DNA of 64,000 bases, taken from the NCBI RefSeq assembly GCF_021869535.1, contig NW_026262690.1, positions 103,788,001 to 103,852,000 on the forward strand, read 5' to 3'. The notes beneath the pieces were generated by a model. The model saw only the letters and a program-made list of their open reading frames with translations. It made no database searches and was not told where the DNA came from. The number at the start of each line of letters is the position of its first letter. The stretch's first letter is position 1. The position numbers and the translations under genes were made by a program. The DNA is from Mytilus californianus (Eukaryota). This document shows, piece after piece, positions 49,717-63,389 of this stretch.

Positions 49717-49789
49717 CGCCCAACGTGGTGCTCGAATCAATTACACTGATATTACGACTGTCATGCTCTACCGACTTGGTTAGATGGGC
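49717..49789 (-). pseudogene. Uninterrupted but degenerate tRNA-Lys(CTT)
   Basis: 73 nt, more than 10 substitutions including the anticodon arm and B-box. Confidence 0.85.
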
Positions 49790-49992
49790 AGATGTTAACT
49801 TACTTGGAAAAATTGGGTGTTATTTGTGCGGAGCGTTTGGTGCGATAGTATTTTGTATCAACCTGTTTTGCCAATGGCTATTTTATCTAAAGTACAAACT
49901 AACATCTATTCGTTGGATCCATTGATTTTATATTGGAAAGAATAAATTTTTTGTAGTGTGAAAACAATGTTGGTGTCAAAATCTCGTAAAAT

Positions 49993-50065
49993 TACCACGT
50001 GGCCTAAAGGATAAGTTGTCTGACTTCGAATCGGAAGATTACAAGTTCGAGTGTCGTCGTGTTCC
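49993..50065 (+). pseudogene. Degenerate tRNA-Arg(TCG)
   Basis: TACCACGTGGCCTAAAGGATAAGTTGTCTGACTTCGAATCGGAAGATTACAAGTTCGAGTGTCGTCGTGTTCC. Confidence 0.85.
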
Positions 50066-53000
50066 GGTACTTTTTGCTAGCAGCATTGCTGAAGATTTTC
50101 GACAGCCGACCATTTAAAGCGATCCGTATATTTACGCGGCAATGTCAAGTACGGCTATCAAGTGAGGTGTTCGCACTTTGAAACAAATGCGAGTTATTAT
50201 TCCTGTTCATCCAACTTTCTTCTGTGTTTGGTGTCGGTGGCCGGTCACCAAAAAAATTGAAATTCGTGTCAGAAGAAAATCTACAGGTGAAAATATGGTT
50301 GTCAATATCGAATTCTTATGAAATCTTTCGAATGTATCTCTATACATTTCTTGTCTGGTCATATGTCTTCCTGTGGACTGTTACCTTGTGATCTAGAACG
50401 TTAAAAATCCGGCTCAGCGTGTCGATCTAGTACAAAGCAGGATTAATATTCATAGTACATTAACATGTTCTCGTCCTAACTTTGCAGCATCATCATCATC
50501 AGTAGCAGCAGCATGCTTTCATTAGATTTATTGTAAATCGTCTTGTACAAATTTCGTGTCGTCTGATATACGCCTTGTTTGATTTTTTGATAGTGTATAG
50601 CTTGCTTCATTATTATGTTCTTAATGTTAATAATATTCATCGCTTTATCTACCACTTGATTGGCTGCTATTGTAGTCTGAAGTACTAACAGCAGGTTTTA
50701 TTTTGTCCCTTCGTTCGGCGAGACGCTGTGTGTTTCTTGTCCTTTTTGAAGGTGACACGTAAAAAGTAAAATAAGAATCGTTGAACAAAAGAATAGTCAT
50801 GGTAATAAATTGACAGATTTCTAAATGTTAGAATTAGGAAGGCTAACATGATTGTAAACGTTTTTTTTCATTATCTGAATTGAATTCTGGTTTAAGATGA
50901 ACTAATTGTCTGTCCACATTCAAACTCAAGAGGAATGCTATTTACTTCCCAACTAGTTGTTTTAGCCAAAATATGAGATAACGAATGGAAGCAAAAAAGG
51001 AGAAGCTTATGTATAGACTATTGAATGGTTAACAATTTAACATATGAATTTGTGTTCCCTCGCTAATCAGGTGGTTGAAAAAAGGTCCATCGAATTTATA
51101 TTGTTTCTAAGCTTTAATCTTGCTATTGGCACATGAAAGTATGATAGTTTATCAGACAGACGAAAAAATTGATACAAAGAAAATACCTTATTTGAGACAA
51201 CTGCTCGTTTGCTAACTTAACTACCAATCCACATTGGTAAACACACTGGAATGACTATCATAATGTTTGGTATATAGAAACGATATATATGATTATCAAT
51301 TATTTTCGAGTTTTAGAGAGGCAAAGGATACCAAAGGGACATTCAAACTTATATGTCAAAAATAAATTGACAACGCCATGGCTAAAAAAGAAAAAGACAA
51401 ACAGACATACAACAGTACACAAAACAACATAGAAAACCAAAGACTGAGCAACACGAACCCCACCAAAATCTGGGAGTTCTGTCGAAATAAATGATAATTC
51501 TACATATTTTTTTCTTTACCACAGTCAACCCTTGGGGTTATATTGAAATTGAAGATGGCCCAAACGTTAATAGCCTTGCATTTTTTGTTTGTTTTTTGTT
51601 TTTGTTTGTTATTTATGGATAAAAGAACAACGAAATGATCAAAAGCAGAGTTAACGTCAGCACTATGGAATTAAAGAAAAGCATTGAGAGGTTAACTCTA
51701 CACCTCCAATGATGAAGGATATCGAACACTTACTCGCCTTTGCCAGTAATTGTAATATAGTTGAAAATGTTATCGACCTGACACCACTTTAAAAAAAAAT
51801 AACTTGCAAATTCACATAATGAAAATTTAAACGAACAACGACAGATTCATTGACAAGATGAAAAATGTATGGATACAGATCATATTTAGATACTTACACT
51901 GATTTTAACAGTGTCAAATTCGTCCTTGTAAGATTATATTTCAAAACAGAGGAATGCATTTCAAAAGAAGGTGTCACTTGTTATGATATTCTACTACATG
52001 ACATAAACGAGGGGTTTAATTTCGTGATGGATAACATTAAACCGCTGTACTGTGTTGCATAATTTAGTCATGGTATATCGAGCAAGCGTTTCATTCAGAA
52101 AACCACTTATTTAAGGACATCTCAGATTTTTTCAATGAGAATTGACGAAACGTGTCATTATGCTTCCGTTATTACACTAAATTTGCAATTTAAAATAGTT
52201 TATGAATGAAGTGTGGATTTATTTGTATTTTATTTTTTTATAGTATATGTTGTACGTTTATTTTCGACTTAATTTAAGTTGGCAAATATTCTAAAAATAA
52301 CATCTTTATGGCATTAATTGACTAGCATTATGTAAATGCGCAATTTCTACATTTTACAAGACTGTCCTCATTTTAAGTGGGCTTAGTAATATTTGTTTTG
52401 TAAATGATTTTTTTTCTTCTGCGATACATTTGTTATAATGGGCTGATGGCATGATACTAAACCCCTAACGGAAGGGATTGTGCTTGATTTTCATATGATG
52501 AAGACATAATCTTTCGATCAGTTTAATTGAGGTCTAGAGCTGGCATGTCAGTAACTGCTAGTAGTCATTTGTTAATTTATGTTGATCATTGTCATTTTGC
52601 TTAGTTTCCTCTATTACTTATGCTCGGACTCAGACTTCTTTTAAACTGTGTTTTACTGTGCGTATTGCTGTGTGTTTATAAAAATAAGGAGATGTGGTAT
52701 GATTGTTTATTTCTCACTCGCTAGAGGTATAGGGGAGGACTCACATAACATGTTAAACCCCGCCGAATTTATGTGCCTGTCCCAAGTAAGGAACTTCTAG
52801 CCTTTGTTAGTATTGCGGTTTTTTTTTCATTTATTTGTTTCGGAGTTTAGTGTGGCGTCCATTTCGATGAACTATTATACATTATTATACTTCATGTCAA
52901 AATGCCAAATTTTGATTGGTTAATATGAGGGTGATAATTTACTCTATCCCATGGTAAATACTCTATTACCCTTCACGGAGACCCTTGATCAAGTGTGTGC

Positions 53001-53101
53001 TTCATTAAATGGATGGTTGTTATGTACAAGACGTCATAGTTTATTACTTTGAATTTGAAATTTAATAGACAGTAATAACAGAACATTCAGTATGATAAAT
53101 T

Positions 53102-53250
53102 AAATAACACATATCTGAGAGGGTGATAGAGCAGATTGTTACCCCTCGAAAAGACATTGTCAACCTTGGCTTCGCCTCAGTTGACAATGTTTTCTCGGGG
53201 TAACAATCTGCTCTATCACCAACTCAACTATGTGTTATTTATATATTATT
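53102..53250. repeat. Long imperfect foldback with GCTTCGCCT loop
   Basis: GGTGATAGAGCAGATTGTTACCCC...GACATTGTCAAC / GTTGACAATG...GGGGTAACAATCTGCTCTATCACC. Confidence 0.8.
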
Positions 53251-53309
53251 GTTTAGGAGCCAGCTGAAGAACGCATCCGGGTGCGCGATTAATTTTCTCG
53301 CTGCGTTGA

Positions 53310-55008
53310 CAGTGGCGTAGCCAGGTTCTTCGTGCAGTGCACGCAAAATCTGTCGACAAGGGGTCTTGGGCAAAGCCCTGGTAAGGGGCAGGGGGCGAAG
53401 CCCCCGGAAGCTCAGAGAATTAAGTAAACACCAAGAAGAATTTTGTTGTTGGAAATTTATCAGTTCTGTCTAATTTTCTTTAGAATTATGTGTAATGACA
53501 GGGTCTAGTTATACCTCGATAAACGGACAAGAGTGTTCAACTGATTCATTGACGACAATTTATTTATAAACCAGTATAATGCTGATCTACTAATTTTCCT
53601 ATTGAAAATGCAAAAGAACTCGACGGAGACAATCAACCTTCAAAGAGTGATGCAAACAATAGGATTGTATGTAGGCTGTAACATAATAATATAGTAACTA
53701 TGAAATAGATAATATCATTGGCTTAGTCATAGGCCCGATACTGGTTTTGGCCGTTATGACGAGACCAGAGCTGTCAGCTGATCACGAAAAAGTCAATACA
53801 AAAAGGTGCACCAATAAAACCAATAGTTATGCATTTTTAAGATTGATTCGTATGCGGAAAAGGGAGTCTGAAGAACAAATTATACCGACTCAAAACAATC
53901 CAATTATTAAAGTTTGCTTGACATACCGATAAATGGGAATAAAAGGAAATGGTTACACGCAAACGAGACAGCATTCCATCGACATAGATGGATAAAAAGG
54001 TCAAACGATATTAACAAACGTCCTTCAACAATGGACAAGTGTCTATATAATATATACGTAACCGGCCAGAGCAACAAAGTTGTGAATAAAATTTGCAGAG
54101 ACTATAAAAGATCTGTCATTGACACCAAATTTCGAAAATGCCAATATTATAAAGATAGAGTGACTTGCTCACTTCATCTTGGTTAAAGCACATAATCATG
54201 AAGCGATGTGAAACGAACATTTGAAACCTGTATCTTTCATTTTTTTTAATGTGAATTAACGAAATTGTGGTGTATATATAAGACACAAAAAAATAATAAA
54301 AGACGTCTAGGGGTCAGCATCTGTTTTTTAACTTGTTAACTGATAAGTGATTTGCAGATAACAACAATTTACTGGTTTCATTTATGCAAGCAACATTTTT
54401 CTTTGTTTGGTATTATCAAATATGTCAACAACTTCTTTCAAATCAATTTCAAAATCAGCATGAATATGCAATAGTGTTGGAGAAAATAGCCGTTCTTGTC
54501 CCATTGTATATCTAAGATAGGTTTTAACCCGTTTCAGTTGCAGTTGTTGATGGCATCGTAAGAAGAATATTACAGTATCTTTGTTTGTCGTTTGTCGTTT
54601 TTAATGTTTCACATAGTTGATCTGGTATCTCTGAGGGATAAATATTCCAACGAGCAACATTTCTTTGGAACTCGAGATGCTCATTGGCGTGATATATATA
54701 CGCAACTGATCTTAACGTTTTAACTCTTTATCATTCTGTGGAATCAGAAGGTGGTCGAGAAACCTTTCCTCTGATTTAACCGGTCAATCGATCTCTAAAT
54801 TCGTTTAGAAGATGATAAAATAACTGATATAACTGATGGTAAAATATGGAAAAGTCCGGATATTCTTATAAGTACCGATGAATAAATTGTATTTATCGAT
54901 ACTCCCACACTCTTTCTCAATCATTCTTTAAAAACATCTATAATTTTTTTTGGCTCGTTTGTTAGTGTACGCAAGTGCGTCGTTGTGTCAATAGTAGCTA
55001 CGCCACTG
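53310..55008. mobile_element. Non-autonomous TIR DNA transposon, 1.7 kb, 5-bp TSD
   Basis: TIR CAGTGGCGTAGC / GCTACGCCACTG; GTTGA duplicated at 53305-53309 and 55009-55013. Confidence 0.85.
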
Positions 55009-55993
55009 GTTGAAGACCCATTGGTGACCTTGGGCTGCTTTTTGATCTGGTTGTTTTCTCTTTAGCACATTCCTTGTTTCCATTCTCAATTCTATTATAA
55101 CCACTAACAACCGGATCAATGATCTTTAAATAGGGATAAGGCACTTTTTGTATCGATACAATAGATAAAGACTAGTATTGACATTTTTTTTAATTGCCCA
55201 TGCCTTAGTCATATTTGCTTCTTGGGACAGTCCATTCTAAATCCACTAATAACACCTGTCTATTCTGTGCTGTCCAGTCTAATTCCAAAGTTATCTTCTT
55301 CGTTGTTTTGATTCCGCTTGCTAGTACGTTTCGAGTTATCGATGGTTTGAGATGTATACAAACACAATTTGTTTTAGAAAGTCATAAAATCATTTAATCT
55401 TTCAAATTTATGTGGAAAAACTCATCAAAAATACCAGGCAAATAATTTATTTTGCCAGACGGCCGTTTCGTCTACATAAGACTTATAATTGGCTTGAAGC
55501 AAAAAAAATAAGGTAAAATCAAATACCTTGAAAACCAACATTTCCAAAAAAGTTGTGCCAAGTATGGCTAAGGTTAAACGACTTCTGTTAAAAAAGCCTT
55601 GATGTTTTGAAAGATTTTAAAGTTTTTTTAACAGTTTTTTCAGAATTTGATTGTATTTTAAGGATAAATCATTCAGCACATTCAGAAATACGCTTATTTC
55701 ATTGGGAAGATACCCGGATGAGGAAAATTATATAAATTAGATATGCTGAAACTGACGACTTTTTCTTGAATTAAATATAGTACTAAAACCATAAATTATA
55801 TTGTCATATAAAATTAACTTATATGATATGTGACAAAATAAACAAAACCAAAACATAGCATAACAAACATGTATAAATGACAAGAAGAAAGCATGTATAA
55901 ACACACTTATGATTTATCATTATAGTGTATAATTCTTTTGGAGATTTTTTTTATAGGAAATTGGGCTTTTAACCTGCTTTCAACCTGCTTTTG

Positions 55994-56040
<47 letters not shown>
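55994..56040. repeat. (AAT)n microsatellite
   Basis: About 15 perfect trinucleotide repeats. Confidence 0.95.
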
Positions 56041-56041
<1 letters not shown>

Positions 56042-59000
56042 TTCTTTATTTAAAGAGGGTAACCCAATTAGTTTTCACTAATCTTACTTGGGGCCCTCAT
56101 ATTTTGTGTTGATGAGCAGAGAATATATTTCATTTTTTTCATTTTCCTCATCTTCATCACAGTCGTCTTAAGAATTTTCCTTGGTTATTTGTTTTTGTGT
56201 AAAATCTGGCCTTGTGGTTGAGTTGTTCCTGAAATACAACAAAAAATGTTTCTCATCTTAAATTATATTGCAGGACTGACATGTTGGATGTGTACTGATT
56301 GATATTTTAGTCTTAGGTACATGATTTTTTTATTAGTTGTTATTGGCTTTGAACTAGCTGTCAGTAACTGCGAGTACTCTCAGATCTGGACTTAGTGTCT
56401 TTTTTGTTGTTAGGAATGAGGGATGGATATATACCTTGCCACGTCCTGTCTGTGTTTTTGTTTGATGTTTTTCTTTGTATCGATCTGATGAGTTTAGCCT
56501 TTTTCAACTGATTTTTATAGTTTGTTCTAATGTTGTGCTGTTACACCACTGTCCCAGGTTAGGGGGAGGGTTTAGCGCTCACAAACATGTTTAACCCCGC
56601 CACATTCTTTATGTGCCTGTCCCAAGTCAGGACCCTGTAGTTCAGTGGTTGTCATTGTTTCACGTCTGTCATATTTGTTTTTTTGTATATTGAATTGTTA
56701 TAAATTAGGCCGTTAGTTTTCTCAATTGAATTGTTTCATATTTTTCATGTCGGGGCCTTTTATAGCCGACTATACGGTATGGTTTTTTTCTCATTGTTGA
56801 AGCCATACGGTTGCCTATAATTGCTTACATCCACTTTGTTTGAACTTTGGTGGAGAGTTGTCTCATTGGCAATCATAACACATCACCTTATTTTTATATA
56901 ATCGGTTTTCTGTGCATTTAAGGGAAATGGGTATTGGAAGTCTAAGTAATGGGATTCTCATTTCTGTCATTGTGCTGAATTTCACACACTATAGTAAATC
57001 ATATTGTGGGAAACCAACTTTTAAAACGGTGATATTAACCATAGATCTATGCATGGGTTACATCTATGCATTAACTAATGGAAAATTGTAATAAAAGAAA
57101 CTTTTATTCTTAACCAGCTTCAATCTTAAAATTGACCTTTTGGAAAATGCTTTAAAGATTTGTATGAAATTAACTAAACATTCACTGCAGAATTTTTAAG
57201 TATATTACATGAAAGATTTGTATGAAATTAACTAAACATTCCTTGCAGAGTTTATAAGTATATTACATGATGAAAATATCGTAAGTAACTACAAATAAAA
57301 GTAACTCTTAACCGTTTGAAAAGCAATTTCCGAAAGCACTCTGTGAACTACCGTTTCTCTTGACACTGTAGAGCAAGTCACAAGTTGATTTCTCAGTATA
57401 TTTAGGACATACTTACAACTTCTCGTCCAATCATATTGCTTGAATTTGCCTTCTAATTTTCATAGTACATACTTTTTCCGTGTACTAACTAACTACGCAT
57501 GAATGACCACAAGGGTAAGATTTCATTGTATCGTAATCAAGATATGAAAACAAAAATTGCCACTAGCTATTTTGAAATAAAATGCTGTGTTCCAAATTAA
57601 ATCAAATAGTTTGTAATTAGTTTTCACGTTGATTTTTACATATCCTGCTATTAAAATCTTTGGATCTGAAAGATGTTTTTGACAAATGCAAGTTTTTTTT
57701 CTTCATTTAAATAAAGAGTAACAAATATGGTTCTTTATACCTTGATTAGAGTACAGGACTATCTTAAAATTGTAATAATTTATCATCCATGCAACTACTT
57801 TGTACACAAAAAAAGTGTGTACTATGAATTACTGTGAAGGGAAATTAAGGCAATTTGGTAATTTTATTAACTTTCTTTGGGAAATTTATCTATTTCGTCA
57901 TGAATTGGTTGATTGATTACTGGTTGCGTAATGTCCAGTGGCAAATATTTCATGCATGTCTTGAATTGAAAAACCGTGATAATGTCTGAAAAGAATGTGC
58001 CACCTATATATATATACATATTCTGATTAATCTTTTAGTTTTTACTTTAAAAAAAAAAATACAAAACACAAAACCTATAATCTCTGATCTATTGGTAGTT
58101 TCCTTTTAATGCTATCCGCTAGACTATCTATGGGGACAAACTATCTATATGTTTCAAATAATTTTAATTTATTATAACTTTAGTTTTACTGTGAAATTGA
58201 AAAGAGTTTTCAAAACATGTAAAGTTTCTACTGCAATTTAATTATTGTCTGCTTTTGGTCAATTCATTTTGTCATCTTACCATGTAAAGAAGTACATGTA
58301 TATTAAAACACCGCTTTATATCAATATACATACTTACACCAGCAGCTATCAAACTTTCCATTCTGGAGTCAAGGGCCTTTTGAAATCACATATTTTACAA
58401 TAATACTAGTGAGTAGATTTACAAAACATAAAATTCGATAATGAGCTCCGTTTTACAAACACCTGTGATACAAGTAGTCAGCCAAAATAAACTATCAATA
58501 CACCAATTAAAAGATTACTCGAGTTAGAATATAGCAAAGTACTCTCGACCAATGAAATTGTAGAATTGGATGCCTCTTAATTGTGAAGAATGAATGTAAA
58601 TCATGTTCTTAGTAAGGGATTATCCTATTATTTAGGTCTATTTACTGTAACAGTTCAAAACAAAGAGTTTCTATAAATGAGTTTCAACTGCCCCGAAGCA
58701 CATTTATCAGATTGAAAGGATTTATCACACAGTAATTGAAACTGACTAAAAGTTGAATTGTGAAACAAACAAAAATCTCAAAATAAAATGAAGTTTACTG
58801 GTGCAGTAAAATTGGTTCCGTGAATTTTATTATGAAAATATTAATAACTTCAAATTACTATAAAATTAAACAATACCAAAGCAATGCAAAAAAAAAATTA
58901 AAAAAGATTTTTCAGATAAAAAAATAACCTAAATCTTTAGCTTTCCAAAACTTTGATTACTTGATCAGCGGTTGGGGAGAATAGTTATTTCCAATACATG

Positions 59001-62000
59001 TTTTCCGATAAAAAAACAGGAATTTAATTTTGAACATATTAAAAACTTTTAAAGGCATTATTTTTGAACATTTCCCTGACATAATGAAACAGTATTAAAA
59101 GCTTTTAAGGGCATTATTTTTGAACATTTCCCTGACATAATGAAAAAGTATTTGATGTAAAAAGCCGGACTAAATTATTGGTTGTGAAATAGAATTTAGT
59201 TGTAACTCAAATGTATCAAATGCTAACGCTCGTACTTATTCATGAAGAAAGGGATTATCATTCTCTTGCATATACTTGTAAATATGTGCTAAATTGGTTA
59301 GTCTATGAAAGGTATATACTATGTCTAGATTAGTCTATGGAAAGGTATATACTATGAAATTTAGAGCGAAGGGCTTGCCTCTGGTGCCATCATTATCTTC
59401 AACAAACCAAAAATTAATAAATTTGTTTTTATGATTAAGACTTAGTCCAAATGTAAAACTATTTGTTTTAATGTATAATTTACATAAAAGTTCCAGGCGT
59501 ATTTAAATGATTTTTTTAATTCAAAATAGATGCTAAAGATTATTTTCGCTATTGGAATTTCCTGAAATATGTTGGTTTTTTTAATATGTCTTGAAACAAC
59601 TTGTAGTGAACACTATTCGCAATCTCTTGTGTTCATGCTATTGAAAAAAAACAATTCATATTGTTAGGAATAACAATGGACTGTGTTTTCGGGATGTAGA
59701 AGCAGGGGTTTCCAGAAACCCCGCTCGTCATACCCTGTGGTCAAAATCCATTGTTATTCGTAACAATAGATCTATTCAATTTACACTTGTTTCAGAAATA
59801 GAAACTGTGAAGTATAACAATAGAACTGGGGTGTAATGAATCTATATACTTATCGGGATTAGATTAAGCCTATGTCAAAAGTCAATATTACACAAATCAA
59901 ATTCCATATTTCAGTGATGTTTCGGCACTGATATATCTCTTATTCCAGTCCTCCTTTTTTGTTACTGACCCATTGTCGAATATGACATAATCTCGACTTC
60001 ATGAGCAAGACAGCTAGTATCACCCGTGCAGAAAGGAGTTTTGACTTTGAAACCCCTGCATGCATACCGCCTGTTTTCAGTGCGAATATTATCACTCATC
60101 TTCCGTTTTCTGTGTAGATTATGTTTTGTAAACCCTTTTATTATTTTTTTTTTAGTGGGACAAAATCTAAAAGATCGTCAGACGTCAGAGCAATCAACTT
60201 GGACAAGGTTTCCAAAGAAACTATTTTTTTGTTTTAGAATAGACAACAAACAACAAACACTACAACCAAGTGCTTTGTTAAAAGAAAGCACAATTCTTAC
60301 TTTGTTTTAAGATTTATTTTTAAAAACAACTAAAAAGGTTATCTCATACTTGCTGGTTATTTTATTTTCATATCGATACCATATTTATTTGTTATACATA
60401 TCTTCTGTCTTCTTCTCCAAAATACAGTCGGAATATTAATGAGAACAACTGTGTTTCTCATCTCGTATATAGTTGTGTCTTGATTTCTATAAAAGTCACC
60501 GAGGGTATCACCAGCCCAGTAGCCAGTACTTCGGAACTGGCATGAAAATACGGATTTTGTGTTTTCAAAATTTGCTGTTACAAAATTTTGGATATTGTTT
60601 TAAATAAAGGAATATATCTCTCTCATGCAAAATTGAAAATTCCTTATATGGCTATGGCTTTACTTTTTTGTCCTTTTTGATTTATAGCTTTTCATCTATT
60701 TAATAAGCTTTAAATTTTCAAATATTCACCGAAGAGACATTGATTGTCGAAATGCGCATTTGATAGGAAATTAAGCGCAAAAAAGCCATTCGTACAGGAC
60801 TAGGGATCCGAGTATTACAGATGTAGCATTGATAATGTTTTAAGGTGATTTTTTTTTTCTTTTGTTCATGATATTTTTTGTATTTAAAAAGAGCCACTGA
60901 CAGGAGTTAAACAAGTTTATCATGAGAAAACAGTACATTGAAGAGAACATAATTTTTAAAAACCATGAAAGTTGATTCGAAAAATATTATCCCTTCCTGT
61001 ATCTCTAGAATAATAAACATAAAAAAAAATAGAGTGAAAAAAATTAACCGATTAACTACACGCGAATGTGTATCATGTGCACGCTAATTTATAAATAAAG
61101 ATAGATTTCAATATGTTTTAGTGCCAAATCGGTGCATCTCAATTGAAAGTGCAATAAAGAATGCATTTTCAATTAAAATGCTTATGAGATTATTAACCAA
61201 GTGTTTTCTTTATCGTTCACATCGATTGAATTCTAAGTCGGATGTGGTTTCCGAAAGGTTGATTTTTACGTCATTTCATTCAATCATTTTCCCATCATTT
61301 AGTATGAAATATGAATGAAAAAATTAGAAGTCAGGTTAGGCCAAACAAAAATTATGATTGATGTATTAGGGTGCCTTCAGTATCCAACCTGACAGTATAT
61401 GACAACATTTATTTCGAAAAATAAAAAGATAAAGATGAAAAAAAGAGAAATTACTTATCAAATATACTATTGTAAGGTTGTAAGTCCCATGCTTTAGCTG
61501 CGTTCATTTGAAAATCTCGTGTTATTCGATTTGTCTGCTTGCATCATTTTTCAAACTAAAAAAAAAAGTAAAATTTTATTTGGGGTCGGCATATATGTAC
61601 ACAATAACAATGAAATATGAGCTCCGATGAGCTCTTTAACAGACTAGTATTATTCTTTATTGTATATTTATTTCACACATGCACTACGTATTTTTACATT
61701 GTTAATATTTATATGTTCTCTGTAACATTTTGTTTTATGAGAATAAAGTATTCATTCAAAGACTATAAGAAAACTATTCAACAAAAAACCAAAAGGACAA
61801 TGATATGGACATTTTCAAATCACCCTGTATGTTTAGGCATTTTTTAGATTTTATGCTACCGAAGATATTTATGTATTTTTGCTTTAAAAACTTCTTGCTT
61901 TGGATGTACCTAATAGGTGTTAAAACATTTTATGTATTTAATGATATCATGAAACAATTAGCTTTTTGATTTTCCTCCTTCTTTTTGTCGCCTTTCCATC

Positions 62001-62308
62001 TTCCACTTAACATATTCATAATGTTCTCCTGTGAAAGAAAGGCATCAAAAGGAACGACTATGGCCTGATCCCCCTAAAAAGCAAATTCACCTTAAATCAT
62101 AATTAATATAGACAACCAACAATGTCGCCATGACTAAAAGTAAAACATTAAATGGATTATTTATCAGTCGTGTTTGCATAACGTCCAGTAGCATATATTT
62201 CATACATATGGGTTTTGCTCATTGTTGAAGACGGTGACTGTAGCTGTTAACTTCTATATGGTCTCTGGTGGAGAGTTGTCTCATTGGCAATTATACCACA
62301 TCTTCGTA

Positions 62309-63389
62309 TTTTAGCTCACCTGTGAGCTTTTCTCATCACTTGGCGTCCGTCGTCCGTCGTCGTCGTCTGTTAACTTTTACAACAATCTTCTCCTCTGAAT
62401 CTACTAAGCCAAATTTAACCAAGCTTGGCCACAATCATCATTTGGGTGTTTAGTTTAAAAATGAGTCCTATGGCCCCGCCTGCCAACCAAGATGGCCGCC
62501 ATGACTAAAAATAGAACATAGGCGGGTAAAATGCAAGTTTTGTCTATTATTTTGAAAACCGTTATAAATAGAGAAAATCTTACAAATCGGAAATGTTCAG
62601 AATGTTGAGCTCTACCAATTGTCTATATACGTCCAAACTGTCAGACGACTTCTTATAGGAGTTATTGCCCTTAAATGACAAATTTTACCATTTTTTTTTA
62701 TTTTTGCCTATTATCTTGAAAACTATAATAGATAGAGAGAAACTTTAAATTGCTAAAATGATCAACAAGACAAGGTAATTCTCCAAATATGTTTTACATG
62801 GTCGAAATCGTCAGCAGACTCCTTATTAGAGTTATTGCCCTTTGATGATTTTTACAATTATTTTGCGTTTTGCCTTATATCATGAAAATTATAATAGATA
62901 GATAGAATCTGAAATAAGCAAAAATGATCAGCAAGACAAGATCTACAATAAAGACAATATAGAGAAAATCGTCCGACGACACCTTATTGGAATTATTGCC
63001 CTTTAATGACGATTTTTACCATTTTTTTTGCGTTTTGTCTTACATGATAAAAATTATAATAGATAAATAGACACTTTAAATCACAAAAATGATCAGCAAG
63101 GCAAGATCTACTAACAAGTCAAATTTTGCCGATGTAGGTAGTAGACTGTCACTCTTTATTGGAGTGATTGCCCTAAAAGGAGGATTTTTTTTACCTTCTT
63201 CTGTGTTTTGAGCAAAAACTAAAGAAGATAGAGAGAAACTAAACAGAATAAATAATCACCATTACAAGATGAACAAAACAGAGATTTTTGTCATGAATTC
63301 TATTCTCGTCTACAATGTTGGAAAGTGTCCTTTGTTGAATATGCACATAGACCAAGGTGAGCGACATAGGCTCTTTAGAGCCTCTAGTT
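62309..63389 (+). mobile_element. HINE/Helentron-associated (Pearl/DTC-like) element
   Basis: Sub-terminal IR GCTCACCT (62314) / AGGTGAGC (63355), CGTC microsatellite, internal tandem core (GAGTTATTGCCCT), 3' hairpin AGGCTCT-TT-AGAGCCT. Confidence 0.85.

Larger units (their letters stand above)
49517..50150. repeat. Degenerate terminal unit of the tRNA array
   Basis: Diverged spacer, tRNA-Lys and tRNA-Arg in array order, with an internal deletion near 49990. Confidence 0.85.

Noticed and set aside
53914-54186. Possible transposase remnant inside the TIR element
   Set aside because: No DDE or zinc-finger motif recognisable; short AT-rich ORF.
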